From the IMG/VR virus record IMGVR_UViG_3300013414_000053, positions 1-64,000 of that record: DNA of 64,000 nt. One strand, given 5' to 3'. This stretch comes from a virus. Taxonomy: Duplodnaviria > Caudoviricetes. The notes under the pieces are model-generated. The model had not been told where the DNA came from. It was given only the letters and a program-made list of their open reading frames with translations, and did not search any database. Position numbers and translations under genes: made by a program. Below, in pieces: positions 18,121-27,434 of the stretch (position 1 is the first letter of the stretch; each line of letters opens with the position of its first letter).

Positions 18121-18998
18121 TTAGACATAGTGGGTACGGGGACGCATTGCAATCCCCTGCGCCGCTTTTACGGACTTACCCTATAAAGTGTTAATTGGAT
18201 TGTAAAATCTACCAGAACGGGCGTAACTTGTGCTCCTACGCCAATCCGAACACGCCCACTAAGGGGTACGGTCAGTGCGCTTGCATGGTATGCCTTTACC
18301 GCATTCGTACGCAACCGTTTTTGCACATTTCGGACTTCTTTGCGTTCTATGCTATCCGATTGAGTCGTTTCACCCTACAAGTCGGACAAAGGTTTCCCCC
18401 GAATGGTCACATTACGCCACTCTTCCCCCATGCGCAGGGGCTTCCATGCTTTATACGCCCGCACTATTGCGGTTTTTACTCACACACGGATATTTTTGTA
18501 ACTTAATCATTGAAACGGTTTGCTACTTCGATACTTCACACGTTTTTTGCTATATTGCAGTTCATGGAATTGCATAGCATAGACGAAAATTTGCTAAATT
18601 TTGCTCACTCCTGAAGTCAAGCGGTTTCACTTTTCGCACCTATTGCCAAAGGTTACTAAGCATCAATATGTCAAAGTTCTCTTGCAAGTTTTTGAGAGGT
18701 TCGGGAGCTAATCCGTTTCTCAAATCTTACACCACAATATTGCAGTGGTCTTTGGACGGTTACAACACCTTTGGCAAAAATTTTTTTGAAATAGTCCATC
18801 TTTTATATATATTAAGGTGTAAGGCTGTTTGCAAGGTTGTAAGTGATTGATTTACAGTAAACTAAAAATCTTCATTTTTCTTGAAAAATTTTTGTGAGAA
18901 GGGTTATTTTTGTGTTTGAAGAAGGTCTAAAAAAGGTTTAGGGTGTTTTGGAGTGTTAAATAAATATTAAAATCTGGAGTTACACATATATAAAATAA

Positions 18999-19026
18999 GG
19001 TTTCACTTTCTAAAAATAGTGAAACC
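18999..19026. promoter_or_regulatory. inverted GTTTCACT/AGTGAAAC site pair
   Basis: 19000-19007 and 19018-19025; a similar pair at 19136-19160. Confidence 0.55.
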
Positions 19027-20311
19027 AAAATTTCAAAATTGAGCCAAAAGATTGAAAAACAAGCAATTATCGGCAATCAATGTAGATTAAACACTTTTTA
19101 ACACTTAAAGTCGGTTTTTCAGTCTAAAAATGTATGTTTCACTTATTGCAAAAGTGAAACCAAAATAAGCCAAAAATGGAGCTAAACATCTGAAAATAAA
19201 TAAAAAACCGGGGTGGGTGCCTCCCTTGCTCTTCAAGGCAGATGTAAATTTTTCCCAATTTTCAAATCTCGTTTTTGGTAGTTGTTTTACTGGTAGGATG
19301 AGTGCCATCCCAGCTCCACAAAACCCCTTTGAATCGACCCAATTTTCTTCCCAGAAATCGGCGTCAAACCATCATTTTTAAGCCAAAATCGGCTAAACCC
19401 CTGAGCCATCTTAGCTTACCTAATTTACAGCACCTCAGTTCTTTCTCTTAATACTGAGAGGTCATCCCAGCCAATTTTCAAAACCGTCTAAAATGCCCCA
19501 AATTTCGCCTTTCTCAACCTCAAATGAACAACTACACATCTCAGCACACAAAATTGATTGTACGGCCTCCTATGGGGCAAATTTGGGCATATTTCATCTC
19601 AACGTCCGTTCAGGATATTTGGCAACCATAAAAATTCTTGTTTTTGGCACACCAGAAACCTCTCAGAACACTTGCCCAAATTTTTCCGGGGGCGATTTTT
19701 CAAATCGGTTTTTGGACTGGGGGCGATCGGCGGGGCGAGGCCGGCGGCGGGCGCGGTCTTATTTGGGAAAGTTTTAAGAATTTCAAAAAAGAAAAACCTT
19801 AAACCTCCTTCCACTCCCTAAAACTTCCTCAACACTTCTTCCAAACATCACAAAACAGTTTTTGTAAGAATACTGGGATAGGAACTAAGCTCTATTCAAA
19901 AAATCTCTAAACAGTCTTTTTGAAGGTTTACTGGGAATGAGGGGAACAGACTTTGATAAAGATACTGGGATAGGGAGCTACGATTACTAAGAAGTTCTCT
20001 GCCTTGGGCGCGCTCGCGTGTGCGCGGGCCACTCGACCGAATTTCCTTTTCGACTTTAGGAGAAAAGGAATGAGGGAGAGTGGACCCTTTCTTTCTATTT
20101 TTTCTTTTTATTTATTTTTCTTTTTTCTTTTTCTGTCGGTTTTTCTTTTTTCTGTTTTTTCTTTTTCTTGTTGTTCTTTCTTTCGTGGCCTTCGACCACC
20201 CCAGCCACAAAAACAATGCGCCGAGCTTCACAGCCCAGCGCACTTGTAAACCAAAATTTGTATGAGACAAAAACTCGTGCTTATTTCATAATAATCGGTG
20301 GAGAGAGGAAT

Positions 20312-20324
20312 ACTGCTTTCATCA
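20312..20324 (-). promoter_or_regulatory. TGATGAAAGCAGT motif copy
   Basis: Identical 13-mer also at 21050, 21666 and 23845. Confidence 0.6.
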
Positions 20325-20466
20325 GGATCTGCGCCGATTGTTTGCCCTGCGCTCTTTTCTGGATATTGGCTTTCGGCTCTCTTCTCCGGGAGTCAGGATT
20401 GCGTACTGTTTGGGTACATCAGGTATCGGGGTCTTTGGATGGAAAGGCGAAACGCCCATCATCGCA

Positions 20467-20724
20467 CTAATCAGAATTTCGGGTATCATAACTTTCTTCA
20501 GTTTTTTCTACTGGCAGCCAAGAGAACCGCCATTGGTGTTTGTTGGATGATTTGCTCACTATGCTCTGGAAGTCGAAGCAGACAGCATTGAACTGTCGTA
20601 CTCTGAAAAACTTGTGATTGCTACCGTCATCAGTGTAACAGTGAATGTAAATGTCCGAACCTTGGGCCGGATATTTGGCAAACGTGTTCCAATGAAGTGA
20701 CAGCAGATGTTCTTTGAAGTCCAT
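20467..20724 (-). CDS. hypothetical protein
   Basis: 85-aa ORF. Confidence 0.65.
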   Translation of the reverse strand: MDFKEHLLSLHWNTFAKYPAQGSDIYIHCYTDDGSNHKFFRVRQFNAVCFDFQSIVSKSSNKHQWRFSWLPVEKTEESYDTRNSD

Positions 20725-20725
20725 C

Positions 20726-21028
20726 TCAGATTATGAATTTGTTGTCAGGTACAACCAAGCCCTTTCCAGGCTTCCAGCCTTTCTCGACTTTCAGCTTTTG
20801 GAATTTCTCGATAAGGTCAACCATAACCCGATCAGAAACTCTACCAAGATGGAAATACACACATCCGTCAATGTTACGGCAATCTTTGATGGTCTTTTCA
20901 GGAATTTGCATCATCATCTTTCCATTCTGCATTACCGGCTTGAAATCATAGTCGGCAAATCTGGAATCCAGTGTTACCAAGGTCAGGTTCCCGAATTTCT
21001 GGAACTCAAACGGTATCGGTCTGCTCAT
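20726..21028 (-). CDS. hypothetical protein
   Basis: 100-aa ORF preceded by the TGATGAAAGCAGT motif. Confidence 0.75.
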   Translation of the reverse strand: MSRPIPFEFQKFGNLTLVTLDSRFADYDFKPVMQNGKMMMQIPEKTIKDCRNIDGCVYFHLGRVSDRVMVDLIEKFQKLKVEKGWKPGKGLVVPDNKFII

Positions 21029-21049
21029 TGTGTTTCAGTTTTTGAAAAC

Positions 21050-21062
21050 ACTGCTTTCATCA
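21050..21062 (-). promoter_or_regulatory. TGATGAAAGCAGT motif copy
   Basis: 21 nt upstream of the ATG at 21028. Confidence 0.65.
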
Positions 21063-21064
21063 AT

Positions 21065-21646
21065 TTAATCATATTCCTCTTCCTCTGCCGGATCGTGGTC
21101 TGGGTCAAGAACGTGGGTATCGTATGCCCCCTTTACATCATCCTTGGTAAGATTGAGGATATTGATTTTGCGTGAGGCTTTCCTGATCCGAGTGTAAATA
21201 CCCGGATCTTCGCCTTCAACGAGGTCATTCAAATGTTGGATAGCTGGATAATTGAGTTTACGGAGTCGGCCACCACCCTTTTTCCCATTTGGAGTCTCCA
21301 GTAATAACCCGATTTTTCTGAGAGAATACAGACAGTTGCTAAGAGTAGGAGTAGAAATCTTCATTCTAACTGCCATCTCTTTTAACGACAATGCACAATC
21401 ACCATTCTCATTGGTTTCTTCGATGATGGTGGAAAGCAACATCAATTCATTCTTGCTAAGAAAATATATCAGGACTTTGGGGAGTGGGATAACCATTCCG
21501 TCAAAAACCTCATCGGCCTCTACGGATGCAATTACCTGATACTTGACTTTAGGCAAGACTATTCTGCCTCTAAGCTGTTTTTGATCGAGCTTGATGATAA
21601 TCGGCTCCGGGGGTGGGAGTTTAGCTCTATTTGGTACTCGCTTCAT
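21065..21646 (-). CDS. winged helix-turn-helix protein (regulator or replication initiator-like)
   Basis: LSLKEMAVRMKISTPTLSNCLYSLRKIGLL HTH pattern. Confidence 0.7.
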   Translation of the reverse strand: MKRVPNRAKLPPPEPIIIKLDQKQLRGRIVLPKVKYQVIASVEADEVFDGMVIPLPKVLIYFLSKNELMLLSTIIEETNENGDCALSLKEMAVRMKISTPTLSNCLYSLRKIGLLLETPNGKKGGGRLRKLNYPAIQHLNDLVEGEDPGIYTRIRKASRKINILNLTKDDVKGAYDTHVLDPDHDPAEEEEYD

Positions 21647-21665
21647 GTTATGAATTGTTCATAAC

Positions 21666-21678
21666 ACTGCTTTCATCA
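21666..21678 (-). promoter_or_regulatory. TGATGAAAGCAGT motif copy
   Basis: 19 nt upstream of the ATG at 21646. Confidence 0.65.
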
Positions 21679-21784
21679 CGTCAGGATGTGGCAACATCCT
21701 CATTTGCAAGTTGCAAAATTATTAAAAATTTAAGTTCGGACAAAATAATGGGCGAATAATTCACCCAGTTTTAATTTTTAATAG

Positions 21785-21792
21785 TAACTTTG
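21785..21792 (+). promoter_or_regulatory. Bacteroidetes housekeeping promoter -7 element (TAACTTTG)
   Basis: Matches TAnnTTTG, 28 nt before the ATG at 21820. Confidence 0.6.
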
Positions 21793-21819
21793 CAGGTTAA
21801 AAAGACAAGACCGTTCCAG

Positions 21820-22683
21820 ATGAAAACTCTGAATCAAATATACCGATACACTTCTGATTGCCAGTTCCCAGACGAGGACTGGCAGAAAGTTCTCGCATAT
21901 TGTCGCAAACGGTTTAAGGGAGGGGACATTCGTGTCTCTCAGATTCCCAAATCTACTTCAACATATCAGGAATTTCTTGATTGGATAGAGTTTGGATTTG
22001 GAGCTGGTGATTTTGTTAGCTATGGCAATACAATGGGTGTGGTCGGAAATAGCACGCCGGCAGGAGTAATTTTAGCTGCTTATTGTGACTATGATGGAAA
22101 TCTCATCGTAAATGATATGGAGGTTCTGGAGCCAGGGAGATTAAAACCTCTTGATGAGGCCCGGATATTACAGATGAAACGCCTCTTATTTGAGAAAGGG
22201 GTGGATTTTCATGTTCGATTTGGTAAGTTTGAGAAACTGTACACCCCTAAAAAATATTTTTATGGCACTATTGAAAACCCCAATAGTGATGAGCCAAATG
22301 TGGGTATGTTCTTAGAGTCAGACAATTCCAAATATCATTTTCTGGCGTATCTGGAGGGGGATGAACTTAAAATGGATTATTGGGTGGATTCTAACTATAC
22401 ACCCTTAAAACCAGCATTGGAGGCTGATATAAAACGATTACACGCGGCTACATCTAAGCAAGGTTGGTTCTATAATGAGCGGTGTCATCAATTTGTAAAA
22501 GCACCCAAAAAAGGAAAGAATAATGTGTACTGGTACCTAAATGAGAACTTTGAACTTGTGATGGATCGGGATAATGGCTCAAAGAAACATTTAGATAGAT
22601 TTAAGGCCGGTAACTATATCTTAGATTATACTGAAGGTTTATTCTTTATGAAAGAGGTCAAAAAGATGAGGGGGAAAGCATAA
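21820..22683 (+). CDS. hypothetical protein (lone plus-strand gene in the left arm)
   Basis: ORF 21790..22683, ATG at 21820. Confidence 0.8.
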   Translation: MKTLNQIYRYTSDCQFPDEDWQKVLAYCRKRFKGGDIRVSQIPKSTSTYQEFLDWIEFGFGAGDFVSYGNTMGVVGNSTPAGVILAAYCDYDGNLIVNDMEVLEPGRLKPLDEARILQMKRLLFEKGVDFHVRFGKFEKLYTPKKYFYGTIENPNSDEPNVGMFLESDNSKYHFLAYLEGDELKMDYWVDSNYTPLKPALEADIKRLHAATSKQGWFYNERCHQFVKAPKKGKNNVYWYLNENFELVMDRDNGSKKHLDRFKAGNYILDYTEGLFFMKEVKKMRGKA

Positions 22684-22700
22684 TGCAATCCCCCCCCTCA
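22665..22700. terminator. hairpin between convergent genes
   Basis: GATGAGGGG...CCCCTCATC inverted repeat. Confidence 0.5.
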
Positions 22701-22702
22701 TC

Positions 22703-23539
22703 TTATCGTTGATCAATCGGTTTGAAAGTCTTTTTCAAGGCCACATCATACCAATAATCTTCTGCCTTATCAGCTGGAATCTTGTCAGCGAATGATTGTT
22801 GGCCGTTAGCTTTATTCCAAGCAAGAACTTTATCATACGAAAACGCATACATTCCCACCGGCTGTTGTCTGAGTGTGGATTTCTCATTAAGACAGCTGAG
22901 AATATCCTTCTCAGTGACGTAAAGATAATCCTTGTATTCTTTTTTGAAGTGGATAAAGTTATCGTACTGGTGCTTATTGTAGAAAAGTGCCCAACAATAT
23001 ACCACAATCTCCATATCCGTCAGTTGATCCCAACCATTGTTCTCATCATCTTCGGCAAGCATAATCACTTGTCTGAGATAGGTGCGATTGACTTTGGCCT
23101 GCTCTTTTGTTACCTCATAAGGTTTAAGCATAGGATCTACAAGACCGCCCAGATTAAGAACCCCCTCTTTGGTCAAGGTATATTCTCCATTTTCCAATGG
23201 GAAGCTGAAGATGAGATTGAGACGCTTGTGATCATAAGCGTTTACTTTTCGGATTGAGTAATTCTTATCCCATATACGGACTTGCTTTCGATTGGAAGCT
23301 GCATCGTTGAAATCATCAGCAATATCCAAAACCAGACGGTCAAGGATTTTTTTCTCAATCTTGCACCCCCATATATCCTCTGGAGTAAACTCTTCGTCAT
23401 CCTCTGGGGCCACAATATCATAGAGGCAGCTGAGAGCATAGGCTGCATGGAGCATGAATGGCTGGTCACTGATTTCCCAAGGTTCATTCATCAATGTGTC
23501 TATATCTGACACATCGTATGGCATATACTTGTTACTCAT
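22703..23539 (-). CDS. hypothetical protein
   Basis: 278-aa ORF. Confidence 0.8.
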   Translation of the reverse strand: MSNKYMPYDVSDIDTLMNEPWEISDQPFMLHAAYALSCLYDIVAPEDDEEFTPEDIWGCKIEKKILDRLVLDIADDFNDAASNRKQVRIWDKNYSIRKVNAYDHKRLNLIFSFPLENGEYTLTKEGVLNLGGLVDPMLKPYEVTKEQAKVNRTYLRQVIMLAEDDENNGWDQLTDMEIVVYCWALFYNKHQYDNFIHFKKEYKDYLYVTEKDILSCLNEKSTLRQQPVGMYAFSYDKVLAWNKANGQQSFADKIPADKAEDYWYDVALKKTFKPIDQR

Positions 23540-23822
23540 CGTCAGGGAGGATTTTTTCTATTGCGTTGATGAGATCAGAAGCATAAGGCGAAGGATTCTG
23601 CATTGTGTTCAACACAATGAGCTTGATGATGCGATACAGTGTCGAGCCGATAGGATTGTTGGGCTGGTGCATACAAGAGAATATCGCCTGAGCAATATTA
23701 TCAGTTTCTCCGTGGGCAACGGCACCACACTGCCCATCTTTGTGAGCGATTATGAGGAAGTCTGAGTCTTTCCCCATAATCTGCTGTGCTTGTTTAAGCA
23801 ACTCTTCAGTTTTTTGTTTCAT
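23532..23822 (-). CDS. hypothetical protein
   Basis: 96-aa ORF preceded by the TGATGAAAGCAGT motif at 23845. Confidence 0.75.
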   Translation of the reverse strand: MKQKTEELLKQAQQIMGKDSDFLIIAHKDGQCGAVAHGETDNIAQAIFSCMHQPNNPIGSTLYRIIKLIVLNTMQNPSPYASDLINAIEKILPDDE

Positions 23823-24429
23823 TGGAATTTGGTTTACTGATTATACTGCTTTCATCACTTTTTATATCCTGGAGATTGATAAAGAAACCACAATGTTCAT
23901 CACCTACATTCCATTTTGGTGGAACTGTATTGAATGGGCCTCTTTCATCATTCTCCAATGCCCGGTTATATCTGAAACAATGATAGCGATCCAGACACGC
24001 ACGAGCCTGACATTTCTTATTGCTTTTCTTCAGTTGACGATATGCTTTCAAGGTTATCTCTACTGCTGAGGTGGGAAGTTGTGAGGAAAATCGGTCCGGT
24101 ATGGTGCCTATAACCCATATATCATTTGACTGAATAAGGGAACCGTCGGTACGCATAAAATATCTCATCTTTCCCTTACCTCCGAGAATAAGGGTCTTAT
24201 CCTTTTTGTCGGCAACCGGATGCAGACGCAGACACTGATGATTGACCACCTCCATATATTCTGGGGGGTAAGCAATCAAATCTTCCCAGTACGCACACTC
24301 ATAACAGACACTATCTCTGACCATAATATGAGCGATACGATTTTGGGTATTGTAGTTCTGCATCCAGATTTTCTTTCCACAAAGACTACAATATTTGATT
24401 TTACTCATTATTCTGCATCGACTTTCCAT
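23806..24429 (-). CDS. Cys-rich hypothetical protein
   Basis: CSLC, CYEC and further Cys motifs. Confidence 0.7.
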   Translation of the reverse strand: MESRCRIMSKIKYCSLCGKKIWMQNYNTQNRIAHIMVRDSVCYECAYWEDLIAYPPEYMEVVNHQCLRLHPVADKKDKTLILGGKGKMRYFMRTDGSLIQSNDIWVIGTIPDRFSSQLPTSAVEITLKAYRQLKKSNKKCQARACLDRYHCFRYNRALENDERGPFNTVPPKWNVGDEHCGFFINLQDIKSDESSIISKPNSNETKN

Positions 24430-24431
24430 TC

Positions 24432-25025
24432 TTATATCTGTATAGAATCAAAGATGTTTGAAATTTCATCATTACGAATACCAAGATATGTAATCGTAGT
24501 ATCTAAGCTGGTATGCTTAAAAATTCGATTGAGGTACATAAGAGTCTTTTCATCTTGACCTCCTTTATCATATACATACCTTCCAAATGTTTTCCGAAAT
24601 GTGTGAGTGCTGAAATTGTCAATATCCAGATCATATTTTACCGCCCATTTTTTTAAGGTGCGATTGATATACTGAATTGACACAGCCTTTCCCTCTTCTC
24701 CTTTTTGCCCTACAAGGATAATGTCTCTTTTGGGAGGTTTACCCATCAGTTTATAAAGAGAAGTGAAATGGTCAGAAGCATTTTGTCCGATTGGGATAAC
24801 GTGAGTCTTATTGGTTTTCTTTGCCGTGATAATAATCTTCCTTTGGTCAAGCACGTCAGTCCACCTTAGTTTACATACATCAGAAAAGCGCAGCCCGGTG
24901 CAAAAAGACAGGATGCAATAACAGGCCCACCAATATTTCTTTTCATCAATAAGGGTCTGAACAAGTTTTTGATAATCGGCATACGGCAGATAGTCGGCCG
25001 TAGTCACGCTTCCTTTTTTACTCAT
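24432..25025 (-). CDS. tyrosine recombinase, catalytic domain only
   Basis: TGLRFSDV (Arg), K, STHTFRKTFGR (HxxR), FKHTS, and TITYLG (Tyr); 197 aa with no arm-binding domain. Confidence 0.92.
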   Translation of the reverse strand: MSKKGSVTTADYLPYADYQKLVQTLIDEKKYWWACYCILSFCTGLRFSDVCKLRWTDVLDQRKIIITAKKTNKTHVIPIGQNASDHFTSLYKLMGKPPKRDIILVGQKGEEGKAVSIQYINRTLKKWAVKYDLDIDNFSTHTFRKTFGRYVYDKGGQDEKTLMYLNRIFKHTSLDTTITYLGIRNDEISNIFDSIQI

Positions 25026-25064
25026 ACAATTTTTGGTTTTGGTATCGCAAAATTAATTCCAAAA

Positions 25065-25097
25065 AGTGAAACCACCAAATATTTTTGTAGTTTCACT
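25065..25097. promoter_or_regulatory. AGTGAAAC-N17-GTTTCACT inverted pair upstream of the recombinase
   Basis: Read directly; a further copy at 25160; TAATTTTG promoter on the minus strand near 25047. Confidence 0.55.
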
Positions 25098-25266
25098 TTC
25101 TAAAAAATGTTAAACTTGACTTAAAACACTGGTAACGTGCTATCTAAGTATTTAAGGAAGTTTCACTTTTTACAATAGGTACACCTTAATTATATAGGAA
25201 AGGTCATTAAAAAAGGAGCGTGTGCCTTTCAACTTCACGCTCCTTGATTGTGCTGTATGGATCGGA

Positions 25267-25728
25267 TTACTGGTGTTCCAGCTGACCAAAACCTTTAGTG
25301 CCTCGGTCTGTAGTCGTAAGTTCTGAGACAATCTCAAACGGAGTGCCAACATACTTTTTGACTACAAGCTGTGCGATTTTCTCCTTATGCTTGATGAGGA
25401 AAGGCTCTTTTTCAAAGCTCTTGATGATGACACCCACTATGCCCCTGTAATCTTCGTCCACCGTCCCAATGATTACATCGGCATCAAATCGCTTCTCAGT
25501 GTTGGGGTCATTAAGAGAATATCCTTTCATTCCCTTAATTGAGAAACCACTGCAAGGCCTGACCTCTCCTTCAGTCTGAGGGTCTAACTCAACCGATATG
25601 TCGAGTGGAATCATATTGCGGCCAGGATTGACCAACACATCTTTGGGAGTAAAGAGATCGTAGCCGGCGGCAAACTCATTTACTCGTTTGGGAACCATAG
25701 CTCCCTCTGATAACAGAACTACTTTCAT
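25267..25728 (-). CDS. dut: trimeric dUTPase
   Basis: AGYDL, RPCSG, GTVDEDYRG, IAQLV, RGTKGFG motifs. Confidence 0.93.
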   Translation of the reverse strand: MKVVLLSEGAMVPKRVNEFAAGYDLFTPKDVLVNPGRNMIPLDISVELDPQTEGEVRPCSGFSIKGMKGYSLNDPNTEKRFDADVIIGTVDEDYRGIVGVIIKSFEKEPFLIKHKEKIAQLVVKKYVGTPFEIVSELTTTDRGTKGFGQLEHQ

Positions 25729-25748
25729 TTTTTATATTTGTTATGAGA

Positions 25749-26102
25749 TTATTTTCCTTGGGATTTCTGGAGAGCAAGATATTCACTCTCCAACATTACA
25801 GAATTTTTGAGCATCTTCCGCGTAGTGTAAATCTTTCGATCATCTCCTACAGCTTCATCAAACTCAAATAAAGTCAGTTTACCCACATCATCAGGCTCAA
25901 TCTGAAAATCCGGGGGAACCACTCTCCAGTATCTTTTATTGACTGAGATAATGCTCCCATAGGCTGCTTTGATTAAGGACTGACGGATTGTGTTAGTCAA
26001 AGTGGCGGCCTCGCTTATGGATTTGAATATCGCCACCAGAATGTATGACGAATCAAATGCCACGATTGTGGTCGGCTTATTGTTCACTTCCTGCTGCGTC
26101 AT
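25749..26102 (-). CDS. small DNA-binding protein (NUMOD1-like HTH)
   Basis: FKSISEAA pattern. Confidence 0.55.
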   Translation of the reverse strand: MTQQEVNNKPTTIVAFDSSYILVAIFKSISEAATLTNTIRQSLIKAAYGSIISVNKRYWRVVPPDFQIEPDDVGKLTLFEFDEAVGDDRKIYTTRKMLKNSVMLESEYLALQKSQGK

Positions 26103-26550
26103 TCTCTCTATCTTTGATTATATCGCTTAGCACGTCTGACGGCAATCTCTCAGCTGCCATACTAAATATGAAGCCGTGACTGTAAGCAACTCCATCAGTT
26201 ATGGCATCCACCAATATGCTGTTGAAGTACAAAAACATTTCAGGGTTCACATAAGCTATGAAGATAAAAGCTAATTCCGCATCTACCAGGATATGACCAT
26301 CGGTGTTTTGATAGAAAAGTTCTGAGGTTTTCTTGTTAGCATTTTTAGTAAGGGTCTCTATAAAATGCTTATTAGCCCTCATAAACACTCGATGATCAAT
26401 CGCTGGAAGTTTACTGGCTTCAAGATATGCTGTATAATCAAATACAGCTTTCTTTTCACCTAAGAATCCAAAATGCAGATCAGCTATCTCTGGAAGCAGT
26501 GTCTCGTCAGTTGTTACTTTCTCTTTGAGGATAGTTGTCTTGTAATCCAT
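26077..26550 (-). CDS. hypothetical protein
   Basis: 157-aa ORF. Confidence 0.75.
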   Translation of the reverse strand: MDYKTTILKEKVTTDETLLPEIADLHFGFLGEKKAVFDYTAYLEASKLPAIDHRVFMRANKHFIETLTKNANKKTSELFYQNTDGHILVDAELAFIFIAYVNPEMFLYFNSILVDAITDGVAYSHGFIFSMAAERLPSDVLSDIIKDRENDAAGSEQ

Positions 26551-26555
26551 AGCGT

Positions 26556-26975
26556 TTACTCAAACACATCCATAACTTTGGTTTCTGTGATGCTGGCAAC
26601 TTCAAAGTCTGTAACCGTACCCTTCATGCCTTTCATAAAGTTGTCGAGAGCACTACGGAAATCGTATGCCTGAACCATATAGTAGGCCGGGGCCAACTTT
26701 TCAGTGTTGGTCTTTTCATCAATGTGAATGAAATTGGCTTTAACCTTATACCAGCGATCGCCATTGGGGTCATAAAAGATTTCAGACACATTGGACTTAG
26801 TAACGGCAGCCACTGAGAACTCTCCTGAAATGTAAGGTGTCACTTCCTTAGTGACACGAGCTTCAGCTTCTGTAAAAGAATCGGCCTTCACGAGATATGG
26901 CTCAACAACGTCTTTGATTTTGCCATTCTCTAATTGTTTCTTGAATCGAACTTTCGCTTCAATGTAAGCTAACAT
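26556..26975 (-). CDS. DUF4494-like protein
   Basis: YLVKADSFTEAEAR and YMVQAYDFRSALDN duplicated motif typical of Bacteroidetes DUF4494. Confidence 0.75.
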   Translation of the reverse strand: MLAYIEAKVRFKKQLENGKIKDVVEPYLVKADSFTEAEARVTKEVTPYISGEFSVAAVTKSNVSEIFYDPNGDRWYKVKANFIHIDEKTNTEKLAPAYYMVQAYDFRSALDNFMKGMKGTVTDFEVASITETKVMDVFE

Positions 26976-27008
26976 ATAAATGGGATTTGAATAATGAACT
27001 GCGGATAA

Positions 27009-27275
27009 TCATTTGATCTCATCGAGATTTATGTAGAAAGCATTGTCAGGAACTTTCTCCGGACCAATGGCCCTGGGGAATTTGTATAGTTCCCAACTAT
27101 AACTGGTATATCGCTTGAAATAATAAGTATCATAACTGACACCAATCTTCAGGCAGATATTACAGCTTTCAGTCGGTGGGTTATTCTTCAGGTTTTTCCA
27201 ATTTGTCATTTGACTGTAGTATTTGTGAGTTGTTTCGATGTACTCCTTTTTATAATAGTATTGGGTGTATAGCAA
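27009..27275 (-). CDS. hypothetical protein
   Basis: 88-aa ORF, start uncertain. Confidence 0.45.
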   Translation of the reverse strand: MLYTQYYYKKEYIETTHKYYSQMTNWKNLKNNPPTESCNICLKIGVSYDTYYFKRYTSYSWELYKFPRAIGPEKVPDNAFYINLDEIK

Positions 27276-27434
27276 GATTAAGCAAAGTGAAACATCGCTA
27301 CCTATATTGTGCTGAATATCAACAATAAAAAAGTTGAAAATTTTTTATTTCACCTGTGTACTGACCGAATTTGTGGTGTTCAGGGTTTTCCCAACCCACT
27401 GTACAGTAAGACTATTACCAATAAAATCAAGATT

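Noticed and set aside
19493-20591. Short ORFs in the central non-coding region
   Set aside because: They are low-complexity translations of A/T, G-rich and T/C tracts with no consistent strand or plausible starts.
24432-25025. Recombinase as the prophage integrase marking an att boundary
   Set aside because: It has no arm-binding domain, phage genes continue on both sides, and no host genes or att duplication are visible.
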